Source: an uncultured Gammaproteobacteria bacterium (GTDB taxonomy: Bacteria; Patescibacteriota; Microgenomatia; UBA10105; UBA927). Taken from it: a stretch of DNA of 64,000 bases. The notes under the pieces were generated by a model that worked only from the letters and a program-made list of their open reading frames with translations, was not told the DNA's origin and did no database searches. The position numbers and the translations under genes are program-made. The stretch covers positions 16,218 to 80,217 of the forward strand of contig CAYMYO010000003.1 of the NCBI GenBank assembly GCA_964394685.1, read 5' to 3'. Below are positions 1 through 8,906 of this stretch, piece after piece. Positions within the stretch are counted from its first letter, which is position 1, and every line of letters begins with the position of its first letter.

Positions 1-102
1 AATTGTTCAGTATATACTCATGGCATCACATACAAAGCGTTATTCTGTTTGTTCTCAAACACGGGATCGTATTAAAAAGAACCCCACAAGCATACATATA
101 AC

Positions 103-1068
103 ATGACAATAACATGTATCATTGCGTCGTCTGGAACATCACGGGTCATCCCCGTATTAACACGGTGTATCTTGTCAATTTACGGCGCGAAAACACGAAC
201 AACAAACATCCGTGTCATTGTAACGACAAACAATAAAGATCACGTGCTGTCGTCGGTAAAAGCACACATACATAAAATATTAATTTCTCCGAGCAATGCG
301 GGTTTTGTGGGAATTAATAATAAAGCAATAAAGACAACTCTCCGTCAAAAAAATGATTATTATCTGATCATTAATGATGACGCGTGGATTAATAAAAACT
401 TTTTTACAAACCTGGAAACCATCATTCGAACAAGGCGCGATCACAGGGAAATTATTATCCCTCTCGTCTATGAATCAAAAGGCAAAAATATCGATTCTTT
501 TGGGGTTGAATATTTCCGGACTGGATATGCCAAAAATGCGTACTCCAAAACTATTTTCACTTCCCTTGCGTCCATGTCTTGTTTACTTATCCAATATAGC
601 TTTATGAAAAAAATGATAAATTTATATGGATATTTTCTCAACCCTATTCTTGTATGGTATCTGGAAGATGTGGAATTTTCAATTCGTGCAAATGCTGTAG
701 GTGCAACGTTGTACAAAAATAGTTCTCTTGTCGCAAAACACATGCGGACGTTTACGTGGGGAAGAAAAAGCTATATGGTCATGTATTACAGCTTCCGTAA
801 TCTTATCTGGACCATATATATAACCTGGCCTAAAAAGATCCTCACAAAACAGATGTTTCGGTTGTTCGCATGGCAGATTCTTGTCAGTATATATTGCCTT
901 ATTAAATACAATCCCTTTATGTATCCAAAAATCATTTGGGAAACCGTGCTCAATTGGAAAAAATTGCGGCGGTGCAGACTTCAAACCCTACCAACGTATC
1001 GTCCTTCGTTTAATTTTGAATCTTTATTTTCTCAATTGGAAATTAGGCATGACAGAGTCACCTTTTGA
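103..1068 (+). CDS. putative family 2 glycosyltransferase
   Basis: DxD-like LIINDDAW and downstream EDVEFSIRA motif typical of GT2. Sits in a surface-glycan gene neighbourhood. No exact motif match was verified. Confidence 0.4.
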   Translation: MTITCIIASSGTSRVIPVLTRCILSIYGAKTRTTNIRVIVTTNNKDHVLSSVKAHIHKILISPSNAGFVGINNKAIKTTLRQKNDYYLIINDDAWINKNFFTNLETIIRTRRDHREIIIPLVYESKGKNIDSFGVEYFRTGYAKNAYSKTIFTSLASMSCLLIQYSFMKKMINLYGYFLNPILVWYLEDVEFSIRANAVGATLYKNSSLVAKHMRTFTWGRKSYMVMYYSFRNLIWTIYITWPKKILTKQMFRLFAWQILVSIYCLIKYNPFMYPKIIWETVLNWKKLRRCRLQTLPTYRPSFNFESLFSQLEIRHDRVTF

Positions 1069-2400
1069 CCATGAGATGCTCGCAGCAAAGATAAAAAATA
1101 TCACAACAACATTATTCGGGGCAGTATTTTCAAATAGGCCATATAAATAATATGTAAGGAGAGAAACAAAAAACGTAATGAGAAATAATTTCTCTTCTTT
1201 TTGATTATTCATGGACATAGAGCGTATACACCGTAGTAGATGTGTACTTATTAAAACATTAATCCACACAAATAATAGAAGAGATACCACACCTCCTTCA
1301 GCTAATATCGTTAATAGTTCATTGTGTGAAGAAATCGGTTGTCTATTGGTCTCTGAAAAGCGGTTTGCAAGGGGAATCCGATAATCAACCCCAATAATTG
1401 GATCAACAAAATATGGATAATTCCCCATGCCTATTCCAAAAACAGGTGATGAAATAAACACATCAATTGCTTGTTGATATAAATATAACCGGCCTGTGGA
1501 AATTGTTATGTCTCTGTCAACATCTTTAAACAATAGTCTGTCTATTATATTGTAATGAAAAAAGGTAGTAGCGAAGACCAAACCGAGCGCTGTGGCCACA
1601 AGCGACATTGTTATTGGAAAAAGTAACTTATGAATTTCTATATATCGATATAAAACTAACAAAACGCTTAATATCCCTATTCCAATAATAAAACAGGTTG
1701 TTATCCAACGAAAATTAGAAACCACAAAAGCAAATGGGATAAGTAGCGATCCGATAAAAAGATATAAGCGTGGTAAAAATGCGTTTTTTTGTACAAAATA
1801 CAATGAACTGAAAAAGAATGGAAACGCCATGGTAAGATTTCCCCAATGGGGCACTCTTCCGCGAAGGAGTTCCCACTCAACGCCATATGCCGCATCACCA
1901 AACAACAACATTCTAGAAAGCGCAATGGCAGAATCACGAAACAATACCTGAAACGCGCTTGCAAAAGAAATTATGAGTGCTGTTGCGGAAATCCCCACAA
2001 TGAGAATTTTCTTTTCTTTTGAAGAAAAAGCGACAAACCGAATACATCCATATTGGATACCGGCAATCAACAGGATTCGAAATGTTGTTAATTGATACAC
2101 TACCGGAGCAACAAGAAGGGATAGCGCTTGAAACGCAATATATAACAACATTAAATAATCAATCAACTGAATAGATTTATGAAACACTCCTAAGCGCTTC
2201 ATATGCATCCACACAACTAACCCAATGAGCATCGCTGCTATTCCCGTCATTCCTCCGATAGAAGTGCGGGGTGGAATAGGAAGTAGTGTAGAAAATGTGT
2301 TGATAATCCCGAGAGCGTTCTGTACTACCAGTAATATTATAAGGGTCGTCCGAACAACCTTTTTGTTGTATACTATCTGAGCTATCCAAGGAGTAAACAT
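1024..2400 (-). CDS. O-antigen ligase/Wzy-like polytopic membrane protein
   Basis: About 10 predicted TM helices. Loop motif SHNELLTILAEGGVVSL resembles the HN.yL..lAE.G signature of O-antigen ligase (WaaL/Wzy) family proteins. Confidence 0.5.
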   Translation of the reverse strand: MFTPWIAQIVYNKKVVRTTLIILLVVQNALGIINTFSTLLPIPPRTSIGGMTGIAAMLIGLVVWMHMKRLGVFHKSIQLIDYLMLLYIAFQALSLLVAPVVYQLTTFRILLIAGIQYGCIRFVAFSSKEKKILIVGISATALIISFASAFQVLFRDSAIALSRMLLFGDAAYGVEWELLRGRVPHWGNLTMAFPFFFSSLYFVQKNAFLPRLYLFIGSLLIPFAFVVSNFRWITTCFIIGIGILSVLLVLYRYIEIHKLLFPITMSLVATALGLVFATTFFHYNIIDRLLFKDVDRDITISTGRLYLYQQAIDVFISSPVFGIGMGNYPYFVDPIIGVDYRIPLANRFSETNRQPISSHNELLTILAEGGVVSLLLFVWINVLISTHLLRCIRSMSMNNQKEEKLFLITFFVSLLTYYLYGLFENTAPNNVVVIFFIFAASISWSKGDSVMPNFQLRK

Positions 2401-2423
2401 GCGTCCACAGTATACTTAAAGAC

Positions 2424-3596
2424 ATGAAAAATAGAAAGCTATTAATCCTTCATACAGAATGTGTCAGCTTGCGGGGAGGAGAAAAATATCTCTATGAGAC
2501 AATAAAAAGGCTTCCTAAATCCCTACGTGTCATCCTCTGTCTTGAAACCGTTTCTCCTTATTGGAATAAACGGTTTAGCGCGCGGGGTATTGCGGTTTTT
2601 CACCTTTGGAAACCCTTGTTTGGATATTGGTTTTTTCTTCCGCTTACCGTTCTTGTAAATTGTTATCGTTTAAAAGAGGTTGTTGATGACCACACTGTTG
2701 TTCTCGCAACTAATTTTCCTTTAAATTTTTTGGCGGTGCTTCTTTCTAAGAAAACCGTTGTTTTTTGTTTCGAGCCCCTATCAATCTTTTATGATCGGGT
2801 GCGGATATGCACCATGTCTTTTCGTGCAAAGATTCTATTGATTATGGCTCGAATGTGCTATCAATGGTTTGACGCGTACGCAATACGCCGCGCCTCTGTG
2901 TTAGCAACATTAAACGCTCATGTTGCGCTATATATAAAAAATAGATACAAGCGGACACCCGATGTTTATTTACCTAATGGGGTAGACCATAAAATTTTTT
3001 TTCCAATTAATAATCGTGCTTCGCATAATCATTTAATACTGCTTCATAGCACCGATTACACCATTTTGAAGGGAACAGAGCTTCTTATTCGATCTTTAAG
3101 AAAGGTTGTCCAACAGTATCCCAATATAGAAGTTCGCATTTCAGAGAGTGTAAACAATTCCGTAGAAAAAGAAAAATATCTCGCTTTAGTGAATTCGCTT
3201 CATTTAAAAAAGGTGGTTCGGTTTATGGGAACGATATCAGAAAATCAGCTCCCTTCCTTTTACCAATCTGGTGATGTTTTTTGTTATCTGGGCTCTCCTT
3301 ATTGCGGTGGGGGATCGACGGCAAGCTTATCTGTCATAGAGGCGCAGGCCTGTGGTATACCAGTGCTTCGCTCTTTGGGTGGAGACCAAGAAATTGTTAA
3401 CTCCAAAACAGGTTATTACATTCATGACTATTCAGAAAAGGGTATTGCAAAAGCAATATTACGCTTTCTTCTGCTTTCCAATTCGAAAAGACGCTCGCTT
3501 TCTAAAGGGGCGCGACAACACGCAGTAAAACAATTTTCTTGGGACAAAACGGCCGACACACTGAGCAAAGCCGTTCAAAAAATATACTATGCGTAA
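2424..3596 (+). CDS. glycosyltransferase family 1 (GT4-like)
   Basis: C-terminal GGGSTASLSVIEAQACGIPVL matches the GT1 E-x7-E/nucleotide-sugar binding region. Size is about 390 aa. Confidence 0.6.
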   Translation: MKNRKLLILHTECVSLRGGEKYLYETIKRLPKSLRVILCLETVSPYWNKRFSARGIAVFHLWKPLFGYWFFLPLTVLVNCYRLKEVVDDHTVVLATNFPLNFLAVLLSKKTVVFCFEPLSIFYDRVRICTMSFRAKILLIMARMCYQWFDAYAIRRASVLATLNAHVALYIKNRYKRTPDVYLPNGVDHKIFFPINNRASHNHLILLHSTDYTILKGTELLIRSLRKVVQQYPNIEVRISESVNNSVEKEKYLALVNSLHLKKVVRFMGTISENQLPSFYQSGDVFCYLGSPYCGGGSTASLSVIEAQACGIPVLRSLGGDQEIVNSKTGYYIHDYSEKGIAKAILRFLLLSNSKRRSLSKGARQHAVKQFSWDKTADTLSKAVQKIYYA

Positions 3597-4356
3597 TGAC
3601 AAACCATTTATCAAAACCGCTTCTTTATACGACGCTATATACGCAAAAAAACAATACAGTTATGAGGCGCGGGTTATTGATAAATTAATTCGGCACTATA
3701 AAATTCAGGGAAAAGCCTTGTTAGACCTTGGATGTGGAACAGGAAAACATTGTATTGAGTTTGCTCGTCTAGGATATTCACCAACTGGAATTGATTGCTC
3801 TTTGTCCATGCTTACTGTTGCAAAACAAAACATGAAAGCCGCTGGGTGCTCTTTTAACCTCGTTCATACAAATATAAGTAATTACCAAACGCGGAAAAAA
3901 TTTGATGTTGCGGTGTCTCTTTTTCAGGTCCTTAGTTATCAACTAACAAATGATTCTGTTGTAAAATACTTTCGCTCAGCTTGTCGTTGCATTAAACCGG
4001 GTGGATTGTTTGTTTTTGATTGTTGGTATGGACCAGGGGTATTTCTTCTTACTCCTAAAAATAGCACACAAATACTCCAGTTTAACAACTCACGGTTTAC
4101 AAGAAACAAAAAATCTGTATGGGATATTGAACACAACGTGGTTCACGTACATCACACGATTTATGCCCGTGGTGTAAAAAGGACACCAGCACACGAGTTA
4201 CATTCAATGCGATATTTTTTCCTTCCAGAACTAAATCACTTCCTTTCAGTGGCGGGTTTCCGACTTCTTGAGTGGGGCAAGCTCGGCTCTCCTCTTAAAT
4301 CAGTTGGCAAGAGTCCGCCGTGGGAGGCCTGGTTGGTTGCACAAAAAAACGTGTGA
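3589..4356 (+). CDS. class I SAM-dependent methyltransferase
   Basis: Motif I LDLGCGTGKH (GxGxG SAM-binding) about 45 aa from the N-terminus. 4-nt-class overlap with the upstream GT gene suggests an operon. Confidence 0.65.
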   Translation: MRNDKPFIKTASLYDAIYAKKQYSYEARVIDKLIRHYKIQGKALLDLGCGTGKHCIEFARLGYSPTGIDCSLSMLTVAKQNMKAAGCSFNLVHTNISNYQTRKKFDVAVSLFQVLSYQLTNDSVVKYFRSACRCIKPGGLFVFDCWYGPGVFLLTPKNSTQILQFNNSRFTRNKKSVWDIEHNVVHVHHTIYARGVKRTPAHELHSMRYFFLPELNHFLSVAGFRLLEWGKLGSPLKSVGKSPPWEAWLVAQKNV

Positions 4357-4360
4357 TTAT

Positions 4361-5194
4361 TTATTGAAAGTCGATAATAAATGGGGAAATAATAACTTTG
4401 GGTAGGTTAATAATTAACACATCTCCTACTTTAACCGATAAAAAATAGGCAAACACCTCGCTATTTGTAGCAAGCGTTGTTTGTATCTCTGCTGTAAGCG
4501 TGACATCTTTTTTAAACGGGTCTGTGGTTCCTATTACAACATTACTTTGTTGGTTTTGTGGGTTTGCGTTCAGAATAATTTTCTCTGCATTAACAACTTC
4601 TTTTGTCAAAATTGTTGCCCACACATCGTTTTCAGAACTGATCATCTGATCCCCAATAGAAATAGCGTCTGCTTGCCACGGATATACGTTATACCACTTA
4701 AGAACAACGGTTCTTTTTTTTTGTTGTCTCTCTGGTGACACCCCTTGTATTCCAATAACGTTTGCGTAAAGCTGAACGTTGTTGGGGGCCAAAAGAAGTG
4801 TTGCTCCAATTTCGAGAGGTGTTTGTTTATATCGATATTTTTTTGTCCATTTATTCAGGGTGGCAAGTAGTTTTGCTTTGATATATATTGTTTTCTTGTT
4901 TCCTTCGTTAAACTTTTGTACCTCCAGCAGCTCTATTTGTTTTTTCCCTTGGATAGTATATTCCACCGCCCCCTCAACAATGGGGTCGCCTAACCAATAT
5001 GGAGGGTGGGTAGTATCCCACCACCATTCACCGCCGGTTACCAACAGCTCTGCTTCTATGTGTGTGTCTTTAATAAGAAAGCTTTTTACAAACACAGCAA
5101 GACAAATAATAATAGAAAAAATAACAAAAATAAGGGCGGTGGTTTTTTTTGAAGAAGGGGTCGTTTTGTTTGAATTTTTTTTCATAGAAAGCAT
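4361..5194 (-). CDS. hypothetical membrane-anchored protein
   Basis: Lys/Ser-rich N-terminus followed by a single TM (LIFVIFSIIICLAVFV). No recognisable domain. Confidence 0.3.
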   Translation of the reverse strand: MLSMKKNSNKTTPSSKKTTALIFVIFSIIICLAVFVKSFLIKDTHIEAELLVTGGEWWWDTTHPPYWLGDPIVEGAVEYTIQGKKQIELLEVQKFNEGNKKTIYIKAKLLATLNKWTKKYRYKQTPLEIGATLLLAPNNVQLYANVIGIQGVSPERQQKKRTVVLKWYNVYPWQADAISIGDQMISSENDVWATILTKEVVNAEKIILNANPQNQQSNVVIGTTDPFKKDVTLTAEIQTTLATNSEVFAYFLSVKVGDVLIINLPKVIISPFIIDFQ

Positions 5195-5212
5195 TATATC
5201 ACTCTTTCGCTA

Positions 5213-5241
5213 TTGACTATAAACCTTTTTACAATTATATT
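5213..5241 (+). promoter_or_regulatory. candidate sigma70-type dnaA promoter (TTGACT-17 nt-TATATT)
   Basis: -35 TTGACT at 5213-5218, 17-nt spacer, -10 TATATT at 5236-5241, about 40 nt upstream of the dnaA ATG. Read directly from the sequence. Confidence 0.4.
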
Positions 5242-5259
5242 GTGGATAACTTGTCCACA
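5241..5259. promoter_or_regulatory. pair of DnaA boxes overlapping the dnaA promoter
   Basis: TGTGGATAA at 5241-5249 (reverse complement of consensus TTATCCACA) and TTGTCCACA at 5251-5259 (1 mismatch). They abut the -10 element, the classic dnaA autoregulation arrangement. Confidence 0.5.
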
Positions 5260-5279
5260 ACCCCCTGCCGCAACGCATT

Positions 5280-6653
5280 ATGGAACCAAACACAATTTGG
5301 AAAGCGGTTTTATCAGAACTTGAAATTTCCGTTTCAAAAGCCATCTATCAAACGCAATTTGCTCATAGTGAATTATTATCCCTGAAAGACGGCGTTGCGA
5401 CGGTTGGATTAAATAATCCGCTTGTCAGAACCATGGTGGAAACCCGATATTACTCTCTCGTAAAGAGCATCTTGGATCATCACACAAATTCAAACATCAG
5501 CATTGTTTTTGTTGTTACCCAAAAAAAACTCGCGCTTTCTGACAAAGAAGCCGGGCCGTTGTTCTCTCAATCAACCATGGAATCTCCCCATGCCGATGCG
5601 GCAAGTGCCGCAAAACGCATGCATATACGGCCAGAATTTACATTTGAAACGTTTGCTGTTTCCACAACCAATCAAATTGCCTATGCTGCGGCTTCCGCTG
5701 TTGCAAAGTCTCCGGGGAGCGCATATAACCCTTTGTTTTTTTATGGTGGGGTGGGGGTAGGGAAAACACACCTCATGCACGCTGTTGCTAATATGCTTCT
5801 TTCCAAAAAACCAACGTCGCGCATTGTGTATTGTGCCGGAGAAGAATTTTTAAACGACATTATTGAAGCAATTCAAACAAAATCCGTTCGATTATTTAAA
5901 CAGAGGTATCGCTCCGCAGAACTGCTCCTTGTTGATGATGTTCAATTTATTGCAGGAAAACAAACAGCACAGGAAGAGTTTTTCCACACATTTAATGCGG
6001 TACTTCGAGAGGGCGGGCAAGTCATTTTAACAAGTGACCGATCACCGGGAGAAATTTCGCGCCTTGAAGACCGTCTCAGGTCCCGATTTGAAGGAGGGCT
6101 CATGGTGGATATTTCCCCACCAGATTTTGAACTTCGCGCGGCGATTGTTAATATCAAATCGCAGGCAATTGGTCTTCAGTTGTCTATCGACTCCTCTAGG
6201 GTTATTGCAGCAAATCTAACCGATACGCGTGCCATTGAGGGGTTTTTAAAACGCCTTACCACAGAGGTTTCTACTCATAAAACAGAGCTTACGCCCGACT
6301 CCATCACAGCTCTTTTGTCAGCGCGCGGCGCTTCTCCTTCCTCAACAACCCCATCTTCCAAAAGGCGGGTTAGTCCACAAGAAATTTTAGAAGCCGTTTC
6401 AAAATACTACGACATAAAATCAACTGCTTTAAAAGGAATTAAAAGGGATAGACCCATTGCAAGACCCAGACAGCTTGTTATGTATTTATGTAAAGTTGAA
6501 CTTGGGCTCACGCTTGATGATATAGGAGGGATGCTTGGCGGAAGAGATCACACAACCATTATGCACGGAATTGACACAATTACCCACGAACTTTCAACAA
6601 ACGAGCGCTTACGAGATGCGGTGATGGGGATAAAAAAACAACTATGGGTTTAA
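5280..6653 (+). CDS. dnaA: chromosomal replication initiator protein DnaA
   Basis: Walker A GGVGVGKTHLMHAV, Walker B LLLVDDVQF, and sensor/box VII regions. C-terminal DnaA-box-binding domain (HTTIMHGI). Length 457 aa. Confidence 0.95.
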   Translation: MEPNTIWKAVLSELEISVSKAIYQTQFAHSELLSLKDGVATVGLNNPLVRTMVETRYYSLVKSILDHHTNSNISIVFVVTQKKLALSDKEAGPLFSQSTMESPHADAASAAKRMHIRPEFTFETFAVSTTNQIAYAAASAVAKSPGSAYNPLFFYGGVGVGKTHLMHAVANMLLSKKPTSRIVYCAGEEFLNDIIEAIQTKSVRLFKQRYRSAELLLVDDVQFIAGKQTAQEEFFHTFNAVLREGGQVILTSDRSPGEISRLEDRLRSRFEGGLMVDISPPDFELRAAIVNIKSQAIGLQLSIDSSRVIAANLTDTRAIEGFLKRLTTEVSTHKTELTPDSITALLSARGASPSSTTPSSKRRVSPQEILEAVSKYYDIKSTALKGIKRDRPIARPRQLVMYLCKVELGLTLDDIGGMLGGRDHTTIMHGIDTITHELSTNERLRDAVMGIKKQLWV

Positions 6654-6819
6654 AATACATAAGTTTTCCACTTGTCCTCTTTTATCAACATTTTATCCAC
6701 AGAGCTATCCACACGGTTAAGCTCTTTATTAATTTTAAATACCAGCCAGTTGACAGGCCCGCCATAAAACCATACACTTTTCAACACTGCTTATTACTAC
6801 TAATACTAATAAATAGAAT
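6654..6819. other. candidate oriC (dnaA-dnaN intergenic DnaA-box cluster plus AT-rich stretch)
   Basis: TTATCAACA (6682-6690, 1 mismatch), perfect TTATCCACA (6693-6701), CTATCCACA (6705-6713), and TTTTCCACT (6664-6672). Followed by AT-rich TTATTAATTTTAAATA and TACTACTAATACTAATAAATAGAATA, which are DUE-like. Confidence 0.55.
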
Positions 6820-7926
6820 ATGAAAGTTTCGATATTACAAAAACACTTATTATCTACGCTGACAAGTGTAGGAAGAATTATTTCTTCAAGGGCCCAACTC
6901 CCAATACTTCAAAACTTTTTATTAGAAACAAAAGGAAATAATTTTATTATTACTGGAACCAATACGGAAACATCAATTGTATCCAGAAGCAGCGCAAAAA
7001 TTGAAAAGGAAGGGGGAGTATGTACTCCTGCAAAACTCCTCGTTGAGTTTATTACTTCTCTTCCAGAGGGAGTAGTGGAATTGAGTGCAAAAGAAGGAGT
7101 GCTTATCATTACTAGTAATGGGTTTGAGGCATCTATCCCCTGTGTGTCAAAAGAAGAATTTCCTCCTCTTCCAAAATATGATAAAACAAAAGGCGCGGAG
7201 ATTCCAAAAGAAACGTTTTTAAGAGCGTTGGAGTCAGTTTTATTTGCGGCGGCAACTGACGAAGGGAGACCAATATTAACAGGGGTGAAGATTCAAAAAG
7301 CAGATAAAGAAACGCTTTTTGTTGCAACAGACGGATATAGGCTTTCTTTAAAGAGAGTAGATTTGGCCATGGAAGAAAACCTCGACATAACCATTCCAGC
7401 AAGAACTTTAACTGAGGTGGTTCACATTGGGCTTGGGGACGGAGAGAATAAGAGTATTATACTTAAAACAATTGATGCGTCTCAACTCGGGTTTTTCCTC
7501 GGAGAAACCGAAATTTACACGAGAATTTTAGACGGAGAGTATCCTAACTTTGAAAAAATTCTTCCTAAAAAATACACAACGAAAATTATCCTTGATAAAG
7601 AAAAGTTTCTTCAGGCGGTTAAATCAGCAAGCATTTTTGCTCGAGATAACGCAAACATCATAAGGTTTATGATGGCCGACGGAGAAATAACCATATCAGC
7701 AAACACCCCGCAAGTTGGGCAAAACAAAGTCGTTCTCGAAGGAGAGGTTGATGGGGAAGGGGGGGAAATCGCCTTTAACTCTCGTTTTGTTCTAGACTTT
7801 CTAGGTCATTTTCAGGAAGAAAAACTTCAATTTGAAATGACAGGCTCATTGAATCCCGGGGTATTTAAATCCACAGAAGACGACAGCTTCCTTCATATCA
7901 TTATGCCGGTAAGAACAAGTGGTTAG
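6820..7926 (+). CDS. dnaN: DNA polymerase III beta sliding clamp
   Basis: 368 aa immediately downstream of dnaA. N-terminal MKVSILQKHLL and three-domain beta-clamp length and architecture. Confidence 0.9.
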   Translation: MKVSILQKHLLSTLTSVGRIISSRAQLPILQNFLLETKGNNFIITGTNTETSIVSRSSAKIEKEGGVCTPAKLLVEFITSLPEGVVELSAKEGVLIITSNGFEASIPCVSKEEFPPLPKYDKTKGAEIPKETFLRALESVLFAAATDEGRPILTGVKIQKADKETLFVATDGYRLSLKRVDLAMEENLDITIPARTLTEVVHIGLGDGENKSIILKTIDASQLGFFLGETEIYTRILDGEYPNFEKILPKKYTTKIILDKEKFLQAVKSASIFARDNANIIRFMMADGEITISANTPQVGQNKVVLEGEVDGEGGEIAFNSRFVLDFLGHFQEEKLQFEMTGSLNPGVFKSTEDDSFLHIIMPVRTSG

Positions 7927-8906
7927 TAAGATTCCATTGCAGAGACGGCATATTTAATTATTAGATTTTCCCCACCTGCTTTTGTTGTTCCGGTAAATAT
8001 ATAGTATGGCTCGAGAAGCAGAGCCCCCTTGTTTGGATAATATATATAAGAAAAGGAAGAGAACAAAACCTCTTGAAAAGAAGGAATTTCATCGAAAAAA
8101 GATACCGCCCTCTCTCTTCCAAGTGAAATAAGCACCCCTTTTCCGTGTTGAATATTATAAACAGCCTCTTCTGTGGTAAGAATGGGCCGCTCGTGTGAAG
8201 CACCAACATCAACAACAAAACCATACATTATTGAACGGACAACACCGGCCTGATTGATAATTAACAGTGCGGAAATCTCGCCAAAAGAAGAGTTGACGAT
8301 CGTTTGGCCGTTTGGAGTTTGACAGGAAAAATAAAACCCTCGAAGCGTTTCTAACGAAACAATTCCATCAAATTGACCCGTTGATTCTTTTGCTAACACC
8401 AAAGAGCAAGAGTTGGCGGATGGGGGAAACGTTTTTTCAATGAAGTTTTTTGCTTGAGCAGCGCTAGTAATCAACCCATGAGAAAAAACAGGCTTATCGC
8501 CCTGACCAAACACCCACCTGTTTTCACCGCTTTGTTCGATGAAAACAAGAGAGGCGGTTTTGTCAGTCCATTTATAAGTAGTGGTATTTTTTGTTGATGT
8601 TTTTAGAGGAATACTAGAAAAGCCAACGCGTCTTGCAATAGAAGCCGATTCGCTGGCCGAGGTGGTTTTTTTTGAATATGAAAACACAGGAAGAACGTTT
8701 TCTGTTGCGGGGATTTTTATTGAAGAAAAATCAATTGTTGTTGGCACCCCAGGAATAATGGTTATCTGGGGCGGGAAAGAAGCCGTTCTTGGCGTTGGGG
8801 CTGAAGTTGGACCGATAATTCCACGAGGTCCTGTTTTGCTTGAAAAAACAAATCCCAGCATGAGAGCAAGAATACCAACAATAACAAAAACTGCTTTTCG
8901 TTTCAT
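7923..8906 (-). CDS. hypothetical exported/membrane-anchored protein (last gene of T4SS-like operon)
   Basis: N-terminal TM/signal (AVFVIVGILALMLGFVF) then Ser/Thr/Pro-rich linker. 4-nt overlap with the upstream M23 gene. Confidence 0.3.
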   Translation of the reverse strand: MKRKAVFVIVGILALMLGFVFSSKTGPRGIIGPTSAPTPRTASFPPQITIIPGVPTTIDFSSIKIPATENVLPVFSYSKKTTSASESASIARRVGFSSIPLKTSTKNTTTYKWTDKTASLVFIEQSGENRWVFGQGDKPVFSHGLITSAAQAKNFIEKTFPPSANSCSLVLAKESTGQFDGIVSLETLRGFYFSCQTPNGQTIVNSSFGEISALLIINQAGVVRSIMYGFVVDVGASHERPILTTEEAVYNIQHGKGVLISLGRERAVSFFDEIPSFQEVLFSSFSYIYYPNKGALLLEPYYIFTGTTKAGGENLIIKYAVSAMESY

